Of a DNA stretch of 64,000 bases, positions 1 to 11,590 are shown in pieces. Each line of letters begins with the position of its first letter. Position 1 is the first letter of the stretch. Both the position numbers and the translations under genes were made by a program. This stretch comes from Nitrosopumilus sp. (lineage in GTDB: Archaea; Thermoproteota; Nitrososphaeria; Nitrososphaerales; Nitrosopumilaceae): assembly GCA_965249555.1 (NCBI GenBank), contig OZ252243.1, positions 928,001 through 992,000 of the forward strand, in the 5' to 3' direction. Under the pieces are notes generated by a model. That model saw only the letters and a program-made list of their open reading frames with translations, made no database searches and was not told the origin of the DNA.

Positions 1-398
1 AATGAATTCTTTTCAAAAATAGATTCATCTTTTTTATATTCATAAGAAAATAAATCAGTTACATTATCAATTACAATTAAAGAAAAATCATTGTTTGTAA
101 GATTTTTTATAGATTTTATTTGTTCTGAAGTATTAGTTAGTCTAGATACTGTGATTTTTTCAAGAAAATCAATCTGTTTTTCAGATTGATTTTGAATTTC
201 CAGTATTCGCTCAGGTCTGAATCCACCTGTTGTATCTAAATACAGAACATGGCCACCATTTTTGATTGAATTTATTGATAATTGTAGTAAGAGTTGGGTT
301 TTTCCTGTTCCATTTTCACCAAAAATATCTACAATTACACCATCAGGAATCCCTCCCGATAAGAATTCATCCAATTTTTGTAAACCAGTAGAGATCAT
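1..398 (-). CDS. RadA/RadB-family recombinase-like ATPase (3' end runs off the window)
   Basis: Hand translation from ATG at 398 gives MISTGLQKLDEFLSGGIPDGVIVDIFGENGTGKTQLLLQ...VLYLDTTGGFRPERILEI, with Walker A and the RecA/Rad51 'FRPERI' motif. Not in the ORF track. Confidence 0.85.
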   Translation of the reverse strand, partial: MISTGLQKLDEFLSGGIPDGVIVDIFGENGTGKTQLLLQLSINSIKNGGHVLYLDTTGGFRPERILEIQNQSEKQIDFLEKITVSRLTNTSEQIKSIKNLTNNDFSLIVIDNVTDLFSYEYKKDESIFEKNS

Positions 399-506
399 TT
401 GTATAATTATTAGAAAAAGGAGAAAAAATTTAAAGAATTTTAATTTTTATAGAGTAGGTAAGGCTTTTATTCTAGAGAACAAAGTTGCAAAACAAGTGAA
501 TAATTA

Positions 507-752
507 GTGTCACAAACAACTAGTGCAAAAAGACCTTTAACTACTCTGCAAAAAAGTACCAAGAAGAAAGTTACTGTAAGACTGAAAAATGAAGTAGAAT
601 ACAAAGGAAAGATGGATAATGTTGATTCATACATGAATTTGATTATGACTGATGCTGAAGAAGTACTTCATGGCAAAACAGTTGCAAACTATGGAAGGGT
701 AATAGTAAGAGGCAATAATGTATTATTTATCAAACTAGAAAATGAACTCTAG
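507..752 (+). CDS. Sm-like (Lsm) RNA-binding protein
   Basis: Sm1 motif ([24 protein letters not shown]) and Sm2 motif (VIVRGNNV). Confidence 0.92.
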   Translation: MSQTTSAKRPLTTLQKSTKKKVTVRLKNEVEYKGKMDNVDSYMNLIMTDAEEVLHGKTVANYGRVIVRGNNVLFIKLENEL

Positions 753-763
753 CTAGTGATTTT

Positions 764-1930
764 ATGACCAATAGTTTTCTATTTACATCAGAATCAGTAA
801 CGGAAGGACATCCAGATAAAATATGTGATAATATTTCTGATGCATTTTTAGATGAATATCTCAGACAAGATCCAAACTCAAGAGTTGCAGTTGAAACAAT
901 GGTTACTACAGATTTTGTGGCAGTATCTGGAGAGGTTACATCTAATGCAGATTTTGATCAAAAGGCTCAAGAAGAATTAGTTAGAAAAACAATTAGAGAA
1001 ATTGGGTATGATAACAAAGACTTGATGTTTGATGCAGATACTTGTCAAATCAATTTAAGACTACATTCACAAAGTCCGGATATTAGTCAAGGCATATCAG
1101 CTACTGAAGAAAAGGAACAAGGTGCAGGAGATCAAGGATTGATGTTTGGTTATGCAACAAATGAAACTAAAGAATTAATGCCTATGCCAATTTTACTAGC
1201 ACACAAACTTATTCAGAAATTATCAGAAGTTAGAAGAGATAAGACTTTACCATGGGTTAGACCAGATGGTAAATCACAAGTATCTGTAAGATATGAAGAT
1301 GACAAGCCAACAAAGATTGAAACAGTTATAGTTTCAACACAACATGCACCAGATGTTTCTCATGAAGAAATTTCAAGAGAAATCATAGATAAAGTAATCA
1401 AACCAGTTTTAGGGAATCTTTGGGAAGATGAAATTAAAATTCACATAAACCCTACTGGAAAATTTGTAATTGGCGGTCCACATGGAGATGCTGGTTTAAC
1501 AGGAAGAAAAATCATTGTTGATACTTATGGTGGATTTGGAAGACATGGAGGAGGAGCTTTCTCAGGAAAAGATCCTTCCAAAGTAGATAGATCTGCATGC
1601 TATATGTGCAGATATATTGCAAAAAATATTGTTGCAGCAGGACTAGCTGATAGATGTGAAGTACAACTTGCATATGCAATAGGAGTGGCTGAACCAGTAT
1701 CACTTTATGTCAATACATTTGGAACAAATAAAATTCCAGAAAATCAGATTGAAGATCTGGTTAGAAAGAATTTTGATATGAAACCATCAGGAATAATCGC
1801 ACAATTAGATTTGAAAAGGCCGATTTACAAAAAGACTGCATCATATGGTCATTTTGGAAGAAATGAGCCTGAATTCACTTGGGAAAAAACAGACAAGGCT
1901 GAAACACTAAAGCAATCTGCCGGACTTTAA
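764..1930 (+). CDS. metK: S-adenosylmethionine synthetase (bacterial/eukaryotic type)
   Basis: Signatures [19 protein letters not shown] and GGGAFSGKD. Confidence 0.97.
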   Translation: MTNSFLFTSESVTEGHPDKICDNISDAFLDEYLRQDPNSRVAVETMVTTDFVAVSGEVTSNADFDQKAQEELVRKTIREIGYDNKDLMFDADTCQINLRLHSQSPDISQGISATEEKEQGAGDQGLMFGYATNETKELMPMPILLAHKLIQKLSEVRRDKTLPWVRPDGKSQVSVRYEDDKPTKIETVIVSTQHAPDVSHEEISREIIDKVIKPVLGNLWEDEIKIHINPTGKFVIGGPHGDAGLTGRKIIVDTYGGFGRHGGGAFSGKDPSKVDRSACYMCRYIAKNIVAAGLADRCEVQLAYAIGVAEPVSLYVNTFGTNKIPENQIEDLVRKNFDMKPSGIIAQLDLKRPIYKKTASYGHFGRNEPEFTWEKTDKAETLKQSAGL

Positions 1931-2776
1931 TAATTCCACAACTGACTGAAATTTGATTTTAGTAATTTTTCTTAACTTGTTATGGTTTCCTTTAAAATTA
2001 CCAATGAGAATATTGAGATCATCAACCCCAAAATCAGAGTTTGAATTAATTATTGCAGTATGATAAACATCTTCGAGATTGATTTTTCTGATGCTTGTTC
2101 TAGTTCCTTTAGAAAAAAGTTTAACATATTGTTGAAAAGTAATACAATCGGGACCAACAAGATCAATAATTTTATTTTTAAATTTTGTTTGAAGAACTGA
2201 TTGAAAAATAATTTGTACTACATCATTAATGTGAATTGGTTGAATTGAATAAGTTCCAGTTCCTGGAATCCCAATTTTTCCTTTCTTAATTTGTTTTTTT
2301 AAATATTTTGTAAACAGATCATCCTTTCCAACAATATAGGAAGGTCTAAAAATTGTATAATTTAATCCAGAATTTATAATTAATTTTTCTGCTTTATATT
2401 TAGAAATAAAATATCCTAATGAGGTATTTGATGAAACACCAAGACCGCTTGTAAAAATAAATTTTTTAATTTTTGCTTTTTTACTTAAATTTACAATATA
2501 TTTTGTAAATTCAACATTTACCATATTATAATCAGTTTTAATAGATTGTTTTCCAATCCCAACAAGATGAATTAATGCATCTGAATTTTGAATTTTTGAA
2601 AGAAGACTCTTTTCATCATAATTTTTTGAGATGACTTTGTGTTCATTTTTAAATTGTTTAAAGTCATTTCGTGATATTGAAATTAGTTTAATATTTTTTT
2701 TAGACAAATATTTTCTGAGATTTCTTGCAATAAATCCACTTGCTCCAGTTATAACTATCTGATTACCTTTAACCAT
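1907..2776 (-). CDS. NAD-dependent epimerase/dehydratase (extended SDR)
   Basis: ITGASGFIA Rossmann motif, Yxx[10 protein letters not shown]. Confidence 0.85.
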   Translation of the reverse strand: MVKGNQIVITGASGFIARNLRKYLSKKNIKLISISRNDFKQFKNEHKVISKNYDEKSLLSKIQNSDALIHLVGIGKQSIKTDYNMVNVEFTKYIVNLSKKAKIKKFIFTSGLGVSSNTSLGYFISKYKAEKLIINSGLNYTIFRPSYIVGKDDLFTKYLKKQIKKGKIGIPGTGTYSIQPIHINDVVQIIFQSVLQTKFKNKIIDLVGPDCITFQQYVKLFSKGTRTSIRKINLEDVYHTAIINSNSDFGVDDLNILIGNFKGNHNKLRKITKIKFQSVVELLKSGRLL

Positions 2777-2855
2777 ACAAATCTCAAGTTATTTTTAATT
2801 TTAAATCTATTTAGAAGAATTTGAACATTAAGCAAACAAGAATTAATACACTAAA

Positions 2856-3959
2856 ATGAATACAATAGGTGTGGAAGAAGAAAAGACAAAATTAAGAACA
2901 GGTTATACTACTGGAAGCTCAGCTACTGCTGCGTCTAAATCTGCATTATTATCAATAATTAATCAGCAAAAAACTGAAAATGTATCTATTAGATTACCTA
3001 AAGGGGATTTTATCGATATTCCAATACATTCTTGTGAATTTGAATCCAATAAAGCAAAATGCTCTGTAATTAAAGATGGAGGAGATGATCCTGATGTCAC
3101 TCATGGTGCAGAAATTATAGTTGAACTATCATTTACAGAGAAAGTAAGTGAAATTGATATTGATGGAGGAGAGGGAGTAGGAATAGTTACCAAACCTGGT
3201 TTAGGTTTGGAAATTAACAAACCTGCAATAAATCCAGTTCCAAAAAAAATGATTAATGAGAATTTAAGAGAAGTTGGAGAAAAAATTCTGGTAAAAAAGG
3301 GAATTAGAGTTGTGATTTCAGTTCCCAAGGGAAAAGAATTAGGACCTAAAACAGATAATCCAAGATTAGGAATTAAGAATGGAATTTCAATTTTAGGAAC
3401 TAGTGGAATTGTTATTCCATTTTCTACAGCATCTTATGCAGCATCAATTAGACAGAATTTGGATGTAACAATTGCAATGGGAAATGATACAGTAGTGCTA
3501 ACTACAGGTGGAAGAAGCGAAGATTTTGCAAAGAAGATAGTTGATTTACCAGAACATTGTTTTGTACAGATGGGTGATTTTTCAGGATATACAATTCAAC
3601 AATGTGGTAAAAAAAATATCAACAAAGCATATGTTGTTGGTTTTATTGGAAAACTTGCAAAGATGGCTGCAGGAGTAAAACAAACTCATGTTAAAGGTTC
3701 AAAGGTAGACATGAATTTTTTGGCAGAATTAGCAAAAAAGTCAAATGCAACAGAAACAACAATTGAAAGTATTAAAAAAGCAAATACAGCAAGACATGTT
3801 TCTGAAATAATTCAAGAAAATAATGTTGAAGGATTTTTTGAGTTAATTTGTAGTGAGACGTATAAACACATGAGAAAACATTCTGAGGAAAAAGTTCCAA
3901 TTGATGTAATATTGTTTAATTTTGATGGAAAGATTCTAGCTAGAAAGTCAGAAGAGTAA
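2856..3959 (+). CDS. cbiD: cobalt-precorrin-5B C1-methyltransferase
   Basis: LRTGYTTGS, KDGGDDPDVTHG, NPRLGI..GISILGTSGIV. Confidence 0.95.
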   Translation: MNTIGVEEEKTKLRTGYTTGSSATAASKSALLSIINQQKTENVSIRLPKGDFIDIPIHSCEFESNKAKCSVIKDGGDDPDVTHGAEIIVELSFTEKVSEIDIDGGEGVGIVTKPGLGLEINKPAINPVPKKMINENLREVGEKILVKKGIRVVISVPKGKELGPKTDNPRLGIKNGISILGTSGIVIPFSTASYAASIRQNLDVTIAMGNDTVVLTTGGRSEDFAKKIVDLPEHCFVQMGDFSGYTIQQCGKKNINKAYVVGFIGKLAKMAAGVKQTHVKGSKVDMNFLAELAKKSNATETTIESIKKANTARHVSEIIQENNVEGFFELICSETYKHMRKHSEEKVPIDVILFNFDGKILARKSEE

Positions 3960-3990
3960 GGTATTTTATGAAATTTAGAAAGTTTTGATT

Positions 3991-5043
3991 ATGGAAAAAA
4001 CTGTAGTTCTCGCAATTACCAAAAATGGAGTCAATATAGGACAAAATCTAAAAGAACTATTTCCTGACTGGAATATTTTTGCACCGGTTAAATTCTCAAA
4101 TGAAGGTAACGAAATAACATGGTATTCTGAACCTACATCAGAAAAAATTATTGAACTTTTTGAAAACAATAATGCACTAGTGTGTATATTTTCATTAGGT
4201 GCAGTAATTAGATTAATTGCGCCACATTTGAAAGGCAAAAAAACAGATCCAGCTGTAATTGTAATTGATGATAAAACAAATTTTGTAATTAGTGTATTAT
4301 CTGGACATATTGGAGGAGCAAATGAGTTAACTCGAGAAATTGCAGAAAAGATAGGTGCTTTGCCAGTAATAACTACTGCAGCTGATGTTAACAAAACTAT
4401 AGCAGTGGATATGGTAGGAAGAGAATTTAATTGGAAAATTGACGATGATTCTACTGTAACTAAAATTAGTGCACATATGGTAAACGAAGAACCTATTGGT
4501 GTTTTTCAAGAAATAGGAAAAAAAAATTGGTATAAAGAATTACCAAAAAATGTCTCAATTTATGATAGTTTCAAAGATTTGAAGAATTCAAATTCTAAAG
4601 CGTATCTTATAATTTCTGATAGAATTATTGATAAGAATTTAGATAAGGAATCTGTAATATATCGCCCTCCAAGTTTAGTAATTGGTATTGGATTACATTG
4701 GGATACCTCAAAAGAAATAATCAGAGAAGGAATTGAACATTGTCTAGAAAAATTCAAACTTAGTTCAAAATCTATTGCAAAACTAGTATCAATAAAAAAA
4801 CCACAAGATGTTCAAGGACTGATAGATATTGGAAAGGAGATGGATATTCCAGTGGAATATGTAGATAGAGAAGATTTATCTGAGATTTCTGCACCAAATC
4901 CTTCAGAAACGGTAAAAGCGTTTGAAGGAACTGCAAGTGTATCTGAAGCTGCAGCAATCAAAGTTTCTGGTGGAAAATTAATTGTAGAAAAACAGAAATT
5001 CCCACCAAATTTGACTATAGCTATTGCGAGGATTATGAATTGA
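3991..5043 (+). CDS. cbiG: cobalt-precorrin-5A hydrolase
   Basis: DPAVIVID, LSGHIGGAN, PVITTA and SVSEAAA motifs; position in the cob operon. Confidence 0.92.
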   Translation: MEKTVVLAITKNGVNIGQNLKELFPDWNIFAPVKFSNEGNEITWYSEPTSEKIIELFENNNALVCIFSLGAVIRLIAPHLKGKKTDPAVIVIDDKTNFVISVLSGHIGGANELTREIAEKIGALPVITTAADVNKTIAVDMVGREFNWKIDDDSTVTKISAHMVNEEPIGVFQEIGKKNWYKELPKNVSIYDSFKDLKNSNSKAYLIISDRIIDKNLDKESVIYRPPSLVIGIGLHWDTSKEIIREGIEHCLEKFKLSSKSIAKLVSIKKPQDVQGLIDIGKEMDIPVEYVDREDLSEISAPNPSETVKAFEGTASVSEAAAIKVSGGKLIVEKQKFPPNLTIAIARIMN

Positions 5044-5792
5044 AGCGCGGATTACTAATTATTGATAGAGGAAGTAGAGAAAGAGAAGCATCTGAAGAAT
5101 TAGAGACTATTTGTGAGAGAATTAAGGCAAAAAGTGATTATGTATTCACAGATTTTTGTTTCTTAGAGGTAATTCCGCCATATATTGAGGCTGGAATTAC
5201 TAAATGTCTCAAAGAAGATATTGATTCGTTAACTATAGTTCCTTACTTTTTGTACCCTGGTAAAAAAGTGAAAAATGCAGTTACTGATGTAATGAAGTTC
5301 CAAAAAGATACCAAAGTGAAATTTGTTGTTACAAAGCAAATGAGTATGCACAAAACTTTGGTAGATGTAGTTGAAAATAGAATATCTACAACACTTAAAG
5401 AAAATCAAGTCACTTTTCCAAAAAAAGATGTAGATGTAATGATTATTGGACATGGTAGTAAAGATCCTAATGCACAAATGTCATTAAACTACATAGTAAA
5501 TAAACTAAAAGATTCCTATAGAAATGTAAGTCGGTGTTGGTTGGAAATTGAACAACCAGATATTTTTGAAGGAGTAAAAAAATGTGAAAAAGATAATCCT
5601 AAGGTTCTAATAATTGTTTTTTATTTTTTACATGAAGGAGCACACGTAAAAACTGACATCAATAATGATTTAACACCAGCACTTGAAAATTCTAATCTGA
5701 AAAAAACATACATTACAAAACATTTAGGAGTGGATGAGAAGATGATAGATTTGATAATAGAAAGGGCAAAAGAGGTAGAAGATGCAAACTAA
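5040..5792 (+). CDS. cbiX: sirohydrochlorin cobaltochelatase (two CbiX domains)
   Basis: Two CbiX repeats: DRGSR..FLE..VPYFL, and GHGSKD..FLHEGAHVKTDI. Confidence 0.85.
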   Translation: MKRGLLIIDRGSREREASEELETICERIKAKSDYVFTDFCFLEVIPPYIEAGITKCLKEDIDSLTIVPYFLYPGKKVKNAVTDVMKFQKDTKVKFVVTKQMSMHKTLVDVVENRISTTLKENQVTFPKKDVDVMIIGHGSKDPNAQMSLNYIVNKLKDSYRNVSRCWLEIEQPDIFEGVKKCEKDNPKVLIIVFYFLHEGAHVKTDINNDLTPALENSNLKKTYITKHLGVDEKMIDLIIERAKEVEDAN

Positions 5793-6423
5793 AAAAGGTC
5801 AATCAATTGAAGATGCAAGTATGCAAATGATTGAAGATGAAATTGGTACACACCAATATAACAAAAAAGAATGGCCTATTGTTAGAAGAGTTATTCATTC
5901 TACAGCAGATTTTGATTTTGCAGATAAAAATAAAATAATTTTTCACAAAGATGCAATTGAGAGTGCCATGGGTGCTTTGAGAAATGGTTGTAGCATCATA
6001 GTTGATGTTAATGGAGTGATTGGTGGATTGAATAAGCAAAACCCAAAGGATTTTGGAAATAACATAATTTGTAATATTTCAAATCCAGAAATAATGGAAT
6101 TGGCAAAAAAAGAAGGAAAAACACGCTCTCAAGTCTCTATGAGAGCAGCTATATCGGATATTGATGGAGGAGTTGTAGCCATTGGAAATGCACCTACAGC
6201 TCTAATGGAGATAATTCAGATGGTAAAAGAAGGCATAGTAAAGCCTGCATTGATTATTGGGATTCCAGTAGGATTCATCTGTGCTGCAGAATCAAAAGAG
6301 GAATTATCAAAAATAGAAGGAACGCCATTTATCACCAACATTGGCAGAAAAGGAGGAAGTTCATCAGCATCTGCCATAATTAATGCAATCTTTAAGTTAA
6401 TTAGAGAAAAATCAGCTTCTTGA
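5782..6423 (+). CDS. cbiC: precorrin-8X methylmutase
   Basis: RVIHSTADF, IGNAPTAL, GIPVGF, GRKGGS. Confidence 0.95.
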   Translation: MQTKKGQSIEDASMQMIEDEIGTHQYNKKEWPIVRRVIHSTADFDFADKNKIIFHKDAIESAMGALRNGCSIIVDVNGVIGGLNKQNPKDFGNNIICNISNPEIMELAKKEGKTRSQVSMRAAISDIDGGVVAIGNAPTALMEIIQMVKEGIVKPALIIGIPVGFICAAESKEELSKIEGTPFITNIGRKGGSSSASAIINAIFKLIREKSAS

Positions 6424-7767
6424 ATATTTTAAGCAATTTTTAACAAAAATTTGGGCATAGTTTGAGCTATCAAAATAGAGATGACCGTATGAAGCAAGTG
6501 TATTGTGCTGCATCATTCCATCTTGATGTTTTTTGATTCCCTCACCAATTTCCAAGTCATAAGCAAATTTAGAATCAGAGGAGACTGAATCTAACTGCGA
6601 ATAATGAAATTCATGGCCTTGAAAATTATGTGGTTTTTCTGAGATGAGGGTTTTTGCAGTAATCTTACCTTTCGTATAATTAAGTCTCATTTTCTGAGTC
6701 ATTTTAGTTTCAGCATCAAACAGACCAACCATTTTGTATTTTTTGTTATGATAAACAATTGATTTTGTGAGATACATTAGTCCACCACATTCAGCATAAA
6801 TTGGAAGGTTATCTTCAGACAAGTTCTTGATAGTTTTTTTCATATCTTGGTTTTTTTCAAGTAAATTACCTAAAACTTCAGGAAAGCCGCCACCAATGTA
6901 AAGTCCATCACATTTTGGAATTTTCTTATCTTTAATAGGACTAAAAAATTTTAGAATTGCACCCTCTCTACGTAATGCTTCTAGATTATCTTGATAGTAG
7001 AAATTAAATGAAGTATCAAGGGCAACTGCAATGGTAGTTTTTATTTTTTTATGAACAGGTTTTGATTTTCTTGGAAGATCAATAGGATTTTTTAAAATTT
7101 TAATAATTTGAGAAACATCTAAAGATTTTGAAATTATTTTTGATATTTTTTCAATTTGGTTTTTTAAATTTTTGTTATCAGATGTTGAAATTAATCCCAA
7201 ATGCCGTGATTCCATATTTAGTAGAGGGTTTTTTTGAATTACGCCAATAATTGGAATTTTAGTTTTTTCTAATGCACTTCTACACAAAATTTCATGTTTT
7301 TTGCTACCAATTTTATTAAGAATAATTCCAGATATACGAGAATTTCTATGAAATTTTTGAAAACCTAGAGCAGTTGCAGCAATAGAACGAGCAGCTTTAC
7401 TTGCATCTAAAACTAAGAGTACAGGAGATTTTGTTATAGTTGCTACATGATGAGTGCTTGCATAATTAGAATCTCCACCAAAACCGTCATAGTAGCCCAT
7501 CACACCTTCAATAATAGATACATCAGATTTTGAATTAGAAATGAAACTATTCAAAAGTTGGTTCTTTCCCATCAACCAAACATCCAAGTTGTATGTATCA
7601 TGTTTTGAAATACTGGATAGATAACTAGGATCGATATAATCAGGCCCTACCTTAAAGGGTTGGACTGAATAACCCTGTTTTTGTAAGGCATGAATAATAG
7701 AACATGTTATGGATGTCTTTCCAACTCCACTTGTAACGCCTGCTAATACTATTCTTGGAATTTTCAA
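6412..7767 (-). CDS. cbiA: cobyrinate a,c-diamide synthase
   Basis: SGVGKT, FKVGPDYIDP, EGVMG, AECGG, GHEFHYS. Confidence 0.95.
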   Translation of the reverse strand: MKIPRIVLAGVTSGVGKTSITCSIIHALQKQGYSVQPFKVGPDYIDPSYLSSISKHDTYNLDVWLMGKNQLLNSFISNSKSDVSIIEGVMGYYDGFGGDSNYASTHHVATITKSPVLLVLDASKAARSIAATALGFQKFHRNSRISGIILNKIGSKKHEILCRSALEKTKIPIIGVIQKNPLLNMESRHLGLISTSDNKNLKNQIEKISKIISKSLDVSQIIKILKNPIDLPRKSKPVHKKIKTTIAVALDTSFNFYYQDNLEALRREGAILKFFSPIKDKKIPKCDGLYIGGGFPEVLGNLLEKNQDMKKTIKNLSEDNLPIYAECGGLMYLTKSIVYHNKKYKMVGLFDAETKMTQKMRLNYTKGKITAKTLISEKPHNFQGHEFHYSQLDSVSSDSKFAYDLEIGEGIKKHQDGMMQHNTLASYGHLYFDSSNYAQIFVKNCLKYSRS

Positions 7768-7855
7768 TTTGCATGATTAGAATCATTTTTTGTTTAAATT
7801 GGTTTATTTTTGAGAAATGCTCAATGTTTTTAGTGAGATTATTTGAAGATCATCT

Positions 7856-8389
7856 ATGGAAGCAGATGGCTTAATCATTGTATATACAGGAAAGGGAAAA
7901 GGAAAGACAACAGCAGCATTAGGAATTGCATTACGAGCTACAGGTTATAAAAAGAAGATTTGCATGATTCAATTCATCAAGGGTTCATGGCACTATGGTG
8001 AAATGGATTCGTCTAAAAGGCTTGAACCGGAATTTGAAATGATTGCCATAGGTAAAGGATTTGTTGGAATTATAGATGATACAAGTCCAAAGGAAGATCA
8101 TAAAAAAATTGCCAAAGAGGCAATCAGGATTAGCAATGAAAAAATTCAGTCAGGAAACTATGATATTGTCATTTTAGATGAAATTAACTATGCAGTAAAT
8201 CTTGAACTAATTTCAGTGGATGATGTTTTAGATTTAATCAGATCAAAGCCGCAAGGAGTGGATTTAGTACTAACAGGAAATTATGCCAAGGATGAAGTTA
8301 TTGAAGTAGCGGATCTAGTTACAGAGATGAGAGAGATAAAACATCCATTTCAGCGTGGCATTAAAGCTAAAAAAGGGATAGATTTCTAA
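7856..8389 (+). CDS. cobO: cob(I)yrinic acid a,c-diamide adenosyltransferase
   Basis: YTGKGKGKTTAALG, QFIKG, ILDEI, KHPF. Confidence 0.95.
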   Translation: MEADGLIIVYTGKGKGKTTAALGIALRATGYKKKICMIQFIKGSWHYGEMDSSKRLEPEFEMIAIGKGFVGIIDDTSPKEDHKKIAKEAIRISNEKIQSGNYDIVILDEINYAVNLELISVDDVLDLIRSKPQGVDLVLTGNYAKDEVIEVADLVTEMREIKHPFQRGIKAKKGIDF

Positions 8390-8429
8390 CCAGCAACATT
8401 AATTTACACACTTGAGAGTTTTAGAAGAA

Positions 8430-9227
8430 ATGTCTACTGAAATTCAAGAGATGCCTGAACAAGGAGAAATTGTTCTTGCCACTGTTACCAAAGTAATGGA
8501 TCATGGGGCTTATGTGACATTAGATGAATATGATGATATCCAAGGATTTTTACATATTTCAGAGATTGCTCCAGGTTGGATTAGATCAATAAGTAGATTT
8601 GTCAGGGATGGGGAGAAAAAAGTTCTGCTTGTAAAGAAAGTAAATTCTAAACGAGGAGATATTGATTTGTCATTAAAACAAATCTCAAAAGATCAGAAAA
8701 AACAAAAACTAAAGGAAGTTAAAAAATTTGAGAAGGGTAAAACACTATTACAAAATGTACAAGACAAGGCAAAATTATCAGATGAAGAAGTTGAAAAGCT
8801 GGAAGATAGTATTTTTTCAAAATTTGATTCAGTTTATGATGCATTCATTGAGATTGGAAGAAATGGAATTGGGTCAGTAAAGGAACTCAAACTTGCAAAA
8901 AAAACTTTAACTGTAATTGAGGAAATTTGCTCTAAAATAAAACTTCCATCAGTTGAGATTAGAGGAATTATGGAAATTACAAACAACAAAACTAATGGAG
9001 TAGAAATTATTAAAAAAACATTATTGGATGAACTAAAAAAAGACTCTACTATAGATATTACATATTTGGGAGCACCAAAGTATAGACTGTCAATAACTTC
9101 AGATAATTTCAAATCTGCTGAGAAGTCACTAAAGCCAATCATTGCTGAAATTCAAACTAACATTGAAAAGAAAAAAGGTTCGTTCAAATTTACTAGAGAA
9201 GACTCGAAGAAAACCAGAGAAAATTAA
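8430..9227 (+). CDS. eif2a: translation initiation factor 2 subunit alpha
   Basis: S1 domain (PEQGEIV..GAYVTLDEY..HISEI) and YLGAPKY; followed by nop10 as in other archaea. ATG 8430 preferred over TTG 8412. Confidence 0.93.
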   Translation: MSTEIQEMPEQGEIVLATVTKVMDHGAYVTLDEYDDIQGFLHISEIAPGWIRSISRFVRDGEKKVLLVKKVNSKRGDIDLSLKQISKDQKKQKLKEVKKFEKGKTLLQNVQDKAKLSDEEVEKLEDSIFSKFDSVYDAFIEIGRNGIGSVKELKLAKKTLTVIEEICSKIKLPSVEIRGIMEITNNKTNGVEIIKKTLLDELKKDSTIDITYLGAPKYRLSITSDNFKSAEKSLKPIIAEIQTNIEKKKGSFKFTREDSKKTREN

Positions 9228-9228
9228 A

Positions 9229-9384
9229 ATGAGATTTCAATTAAGAAAATGTTCAAAATGTAATCATTATACATTAAAAGAAAAATGCCCCAAATGTAAT
9301 GAAGATACAGTTTCTGTACATCCAGCAAAATTTTCACCTGATGACAAATATATGAGATACAGATTAGCTGAGAGATACTCTTAG
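9229..9384 (+). CDS. nop10: H/ACA RNP protein Nop10
   Basis: MRFQLRKCSKC..YTLKEKCPKC..HPAKFSPDDKY; likely ATG is at 9229. Confidence 0.92.
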   Translation: MRFQLRKCSKCNHYTLKEKCPKCNEDTVSVHPAKFSPDDKYMRYRLAERYS

Positions 9385-9388
9385 AAAA

Positions 9389-11527
9389 TTAAGACACTGG
9401 CTTGTACTCTTTATTTATTTCATAGATAAAAACACCAAGCATTGGTCCAGGTTTTTCTTCAACAAAGCCTGAAGAGGCATATACCAATCTTAATGGTCCA
9501 TCACCATCAAAAGGAAATTTGATATCTTTAGCATAGATGCCTACTGTTCCAGGCACATAAGTTGGAGATTGTTGTGAAAAATCATTTGGATTAACATATC
9601 CTAATGGAGAAAAGGGAAACATCTTACCAAGCAAAGTTTCATTATTGAAATAATCAGTGCCATCAGAATCATTTGAATGTAAGAATTTTGATTCATCGTA
9701 TCCTGCTATTCTCATAAACCATTGTTTTTTTGATTCATCACCACCTCCACGTAACACATAGAAAGAATCTGGCGAATCAATTTTTAGCTTTTCACCTGCT
9801 ACAAAAACAAGAATATAATCCGCTTGCATTTCTTGTAATAAGTGCCAAGCTTCATCAGGATTACTGAGTAACATTCTTGCAATATTTTCAATTATACGAG
9901 TATTAACAGTTGAATTATCTGCTAATGTGGCTCTTTCGCCCATTGTAGAAATCCAATAACCATAATCCCACCAAGCTGCAACTACAGCATCTTTTGGAGT
10001 GTTATTTTTTATCCACTCCATTGAATCAAGCCAGTCAGTAGTACTTATTGTATACGAGCTTCCACCATTTAGAATAGTAGGAGGACTCTTAGAGATAGTA
10101 AACAGATCTGCACCTACAGGATAAATCAGAGGGATTATCAAAAGAATGATTATTCCTGCAACAAATGGTAATTTGATCAATTTACTAATTGGTTTCTTAT
10201 TGTCAGGTTTATTTTTGAAAAATTCTTTCGTTAAAGCAGTTAATCCCAAAGATGCTAAAATAATTACTGCAATTGATGTAAATACTTCTAATCTAACAAA
10301 AGTTGAACCCACATATACTCCAACAAGTCCCAAAATTAATGAAAAAGATAACATATCATTTTTAATAAAACTAGAATTTTTATTTTGAATATTTTTAATA
10401 ATTAACCATATTCCTAGACCTGAAAAAATCATCAAAACTGAGTGAAACAGAAATGATTGTGCTTGTGTTGTAGTTGCATGCTCCGCTACAGAATCTACCA
10501 AGGGATCAGTTGTAGTCAAAAAAGGATTCAATGCATTAAGATATCTATGACTAGCTTCTGGTAAAAATTTAGAATCAGAATTAATTATCATTATACTTGG
10601 GGCAATAATTAAAAGTGCAACTAAGAACAGCAAGCCATTTCTTGTTTTGTTTTTTGAACTTTTGAGTTGAATAAAAATACAAATTACTAAAAATATGGTA
10701 GAAACTATTAATGAAATTCCACCCATCCCAAAAATAAAACTAGAACTTACTCGTTCAATTCCTAAAGAAATTAAGACAGTAGTAATTGTGTAAAGAGGAA
10801 TAGCCCATATGATGAATTTATGATCAGTTCTCAAAAAGGGTAATGCAATGAAGAAAAGTCCTATTGGAATAATAAAGAATTGATTTCCTCCCCAAGCTGA
10901 AATAGAAAAGGTAGTAAAAATTCCAGCTCCAACGAGTTTTGCAAATGCTATTTTTTTGTTTTGAGAATTTATCCCACTTAATAGTAAATATACCGCCAAA
11001 AGACTGAAAAACAATCCCAGAGGTTCTGATTTGAACCAACCAATTGGACCTCGAATTAGTATTGGTAATGAAACAGAAAACAACAGAGCAGAAAACAAAC
11101 CAGCAGTAGTACCACCTATGACTCTAACTAAAGCAAAAATAACAATTGCAGATAAAGAACCAAAGACCACTGGAAATAATATAGTAAAATCATAGAGATC
11201 TAAACCTCCACCAAAAATCCAATAAGTGGTAGCAGCCGTTAGATGAAGTACTACTTGGGAGTTTGAAGATACATCTCTACCTGTTGGATACCAACTCAGA
11301 CTATCATTCCATTCAAAATATGCGCCAATTCCATTATCGACAACATACTGAGTAGCTCTATAATTAAAAAAGGGATCAAATTCGTTTAATTCAAAACCAA
11401 AATCAGCTGGTTGTGAACGAAGTAAAAGAGAAACAGTGAATGACAAAGCAAGAATTCCAATTATTAAAAGATGATTTAATTTTAAATCAAAATTACCTAC
11501 AGAAACAAGCTTTGTATTTGTTAACAA
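9389..11527 (-). CDS. aglB: STT3/AglB oligosaccharyltransferase
   Basis: EFDPFFNYR, many TM segments, SVAEH, WWDYG motif, ESKKQWF. Confidence 0.93.
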   Translation of the reverse strand: MLTNTKLVSVGNFDLKLNHLLIIGILALSFTVSLLLRSQPADFGFELNEFDPFFNYRATQYVVDNGIGAYFEWNDSLSWYPTGRDVSSNSQVVLHLTAATTYWIFGGGLDLYDFTILFPVVFGSLSAIVIFALVRVIGGTTAGLFSALLFSVSLPILIRGPIGWFKSEPLGLFFSLLAVYLLLSGINSQNKKIAFAKLVGAGIFTTFSISAWGGNQFFIIPIGLFFIALPFLRTDHKFIIWAIPLYTITTVLISLGIERVSSSFIFGMGGISLIVSTIFLVICIFIQLKSSKNKTRNGLLFLVALLIIAPSIMIINSDSKFLPEASHRYLNALNPFLTTTDPLVDSVAEHATTTQAQSFLFHSVLMIFSGLGIWLIIKNIQNKNSSFIKNDMLSFSLILGLVGVYVGSTFVRLEVFTSIAVIILASLGLTALTKEFFKNKPDNKKPISKLIKLPFVAGIIILLIIPLIYPVGADLFTISKSPPTILNGGSSYTISTTDWLDSMEWIKNNTPKDAVVAAWWDYGYWISTMGERATLADNSTVNTRIIENIARMLLSNPDEAWHLLQEMQADYILVFVAGEKLKIDSPDSFYVLRGGGDESKKQWFMRIAGYDESKFLHSNDSDGTDYFNNETLLGKMFPFSPLGYVNPNDFSQQSPTYVPGTVGIYAKDIKFPFDGDGPLRLVYASSGFVEEKPGPMLGVFIYEINKEYKPVS

Positions 11528-11590
11528 TTGTTTTTTCTCAAAAAACTTTGCTTATTACTCTTTGTATAAAAAATCACAGATATTTGGAAT

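Noticed and set aside
262-507. ORF 262..507 (+)
   Set aside because: Antisense shadow of the RadA-like gene on the minus strand.
764-1930. Bacterial-type MetK in an archaeon as a recent transfer
   Set aside because: To my knowledge this is common in Nitrosopumilaceae, and its composition matches the host.
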